A stretch of 33,961 bases of DNA from Fonticula-like sp. SCN 57-25 (lineage: Eukaryota), in NCBI GenBank assembly GCA_001724245.1, contig MEDX01000001.1, positions 62,001-95,961 on the forward strand. Reading direction: 5' to 3'. Both the position numbers and the translations under genes were made by a program. The notes beneath the pieces were generated by a model, which did no database searches, was not told the origin of the DNA, and was given only the letters and a program-made list of their open reading frames with translations. This document shows, one piece after another, positions 31,907 through 33,961 of the stretch. Positions within the stretch are counted from its first letter, which is position 1, and each line of letters begins with the position of its first letter.

Positions 31907-33961
31907 ATGCAGGCCGAAGTGGAGGTAAGCGTCCGAGGGCGTTGGTTCACGGTACGCTGCTGCTTTCCTGTGCCGCGCAGCATGTAATAAACTGTGTTAT
32001 GTCTGCAGGATCAGCATGGCCGTGTCCTCATGCTTCGCGGCGTCAATCTGAGCGGCAACACCAAGATTCCGTACAAGCCCGACATCGGCTCGCACATCGA
32101 AGAGGGCTTCTTTGATTCTGAGAACATCTCTTTTGTTGGACGGTGCGACAGTGTGAGTGTGTTCACACAGCCTGGCTCACCATGCTGCGCTAGGCCGTTC
32201 CCGCTTGAGGAGGCCGACGAGCACTTTCTGCGGCTCAAGCGGTGGGGCTTTACGCTGCTTCGCTTCTTAACTACCTGGGAGGCGATCGAGCACCGCGGGC
32301 CGTACGCCGCGCCTCAGAGTATCGTGCATTAACAGCATTCGATAGTGGCCAATATGACGACGAGTATGTTTTGTACGTTGTTGAAGTGCTCAAGGTGGCC
32401 AAGCGCCACGGCTTTGTCTGCTTCATCGACCCGCACCAGGACGTGTGGAGCCGCGTACGTCTCCATTGCCGCGCCAGGCAGCGACACTGACACGCTGCAG
32501 TTCACGGGCGGCTCCGGTGCCCCCGGCTGGACGCTTGCGCTTGCCGGCCTCGACTACCGCCACTTTAAGCACAACGACGCCGCGATCGTGCACAACACAT
32601 GGACCGACAGCACCAACAAGCGCGAGTTCCCAAAGATGATCTGGCCGACCAACTATACAAAGTATGCGTGCGCAACAATGTTTACGCTCTTCTTTGGCGG
32701 CCGCACCTTTGCGCCAAAGTGCCTCGTCGACGGCGTCAACATCCAGGACTACCTCCAGTCGCACTTTATCAACGCCATCGCCTACCTCGCCTCGCATGTG
32801 CGCGACCTCGGCATCGTCCGTACGTCCTTTATTATTGTTGTTGCTGTACTTTAACATGCTCTAGTTGGGTATGACACGCTGAATGAGCCGTCGCGTGGCT
32901 TTATCGGCGTCCACGACGTCCGTTCCGCACCGACCGAGCTCACTTCCGTCCGGCTAAACTACTACGAGACGCCCGTCCAAGCGATGGTGCTTGCCAGGTG
33001 CGCTGCTTATTCCTATTGCTGCTGCTTATATGCTGACTCTTCTACCTTCCTCTAGCGGCTACACGACCTTTGTGCCGTACTATATGCGCAGCATGTTCAC
33101 CGGCAACATGACGCAGAGCGGCAATGTCCAGCTGAACCAGGAGCGCGAGTCTGCCTTCCTCCCCGGGCGCACGTGCGTGTGGCACGACCACGGCGTGTGG
33201 CAGGTGCTCGACGAGGCGACGATGGCGAGCCGCCCCGAGGCGTGCGTCAAGCTGCCCGGCTACTTTTCCCGCAACACCAAGGGCGAGCCGTACAACTTTC
33301 AGCAGGACTTTTGGCTGCCGTTCGCCGCGCGGTACGCCGAGGCGCTCCGCAAGGTGCACCCTGGATGCGCCATCTTTGTAGAGCCCGAGGCCATGGGCGT
33401 CCCGGCAAAGTTTGAGCACTCGGGCATCGTGGGGCCGCTCGTGTACGCGCCGCACTGGTACGACGGCCTCACGCTCTTCCAAAAGAGGTGCGCAGCGGAC
33501 AATTATGAAGCGGTGCAGCTCGCTCATTGGCCGCATAGCTTTTCCAACTGGTCGGTGAATATCGTTGCTGCGACGCGAGGCGTGCCGTGGTACCGCCTGC
33601 TCGCGCTCGGCGAGCTCAACGTCATCCGCCTATTCAAGGCTTCAGTCGCCACCCTCAAGGCGGAAGGCCTCGAGAATGTCGGTGCGGCACTGAATGTTTG
33701 TTTATATTGCATGCGCTAACAACGCCGCAGGCGAGTACCCGATTGTGTTTGGCGAGACGGGCATTCCGTTTGATATGAACAATGGCGCTGCCTTTGTGAC
33801 GGGCGACTTTTCGCAGCAGACGCACGCGGCCAACGCGACGCTCTCGGCGATGGAGTCCAACCTCGTCAACTTTACGCTCTGGAATTACTGCGCGAGCAAC
33901 AACAACTTGCACGGCGACAGCTGGTACGCACATTGACACATTGCTTGCGGACGCTGACGTG
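31907..33961 (+). CDS. GH5 endoglycoceramidase-related protein (EGCrP/Egh1-like steryl- or ceramide-beta-glucosidase), 3' partial
   Basis: GRWFT|DQHGRVLMLRGVNLSG, G|RPFPLEEADEHF, WEAIEH, DPHQDVWSR|FTGGSGAPGW, GYDTLNEP (acid/base), YAPHWYDG, FGETGIP (nucleophile), LWNY; window ends in the ninth intron. Confidence 0.92.

Noticed and set aside
1-33961. Frameshifts, pseudogenes, non-canonical introns or an alternative genetic code
   Set aside because: Every frame break I examined is resolved by a short GT-AG intron under the standard code.

Overview
Gene-dense eukaryotic genomic DNA with about 18 protein-coding genes, roughly 70 short GT-AG introns (nearly all 40-80 nt) and short, often divergent, intergenic spacers. 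Gene content (DIS3L, RAD54B, twinfilin, MMAB, MAN2B-type GH38, Lgl/tomosyn, fungal-type EGCrP) plus E2F-like promoter motifs suggests a unicellular opisthokont; this is inference, not an identification. Genes in order: DIS3L (5' partial), NKAIN-like membrane protein, RAD54B, WBP11, a small BRC-repeat protein, Sel1-repeat protein, twinfilin, crotonase, CCT8, an LYR-motif protein absent from the ORF track, GH38 alpha-mannosidase, DEAD-box helicase, P5C dehydrogenase, HSP20, MMAB, Lgl/tomosyn-like WD40 protein, a hAT-derived BED-finger protein and EGCrP (3' partial). Main leads: (1) a 194-nt, extensively base-paired first intron in the cobalamin adenosyltransferase gene with a B12-box-like segment, a candidate splicing-control RNA or riboswitch; (2) a 307-aa BRCA2-like protein with one BRC repeat and an FxPP motif but no DNA-binding domain, sharing an identical E2F/CHR-like promoter 12-mer with nearby RAD54B; (3) splice donors that are almost all GTRCG and never have A at +4. 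All gene models and pairings were worked out by hand.
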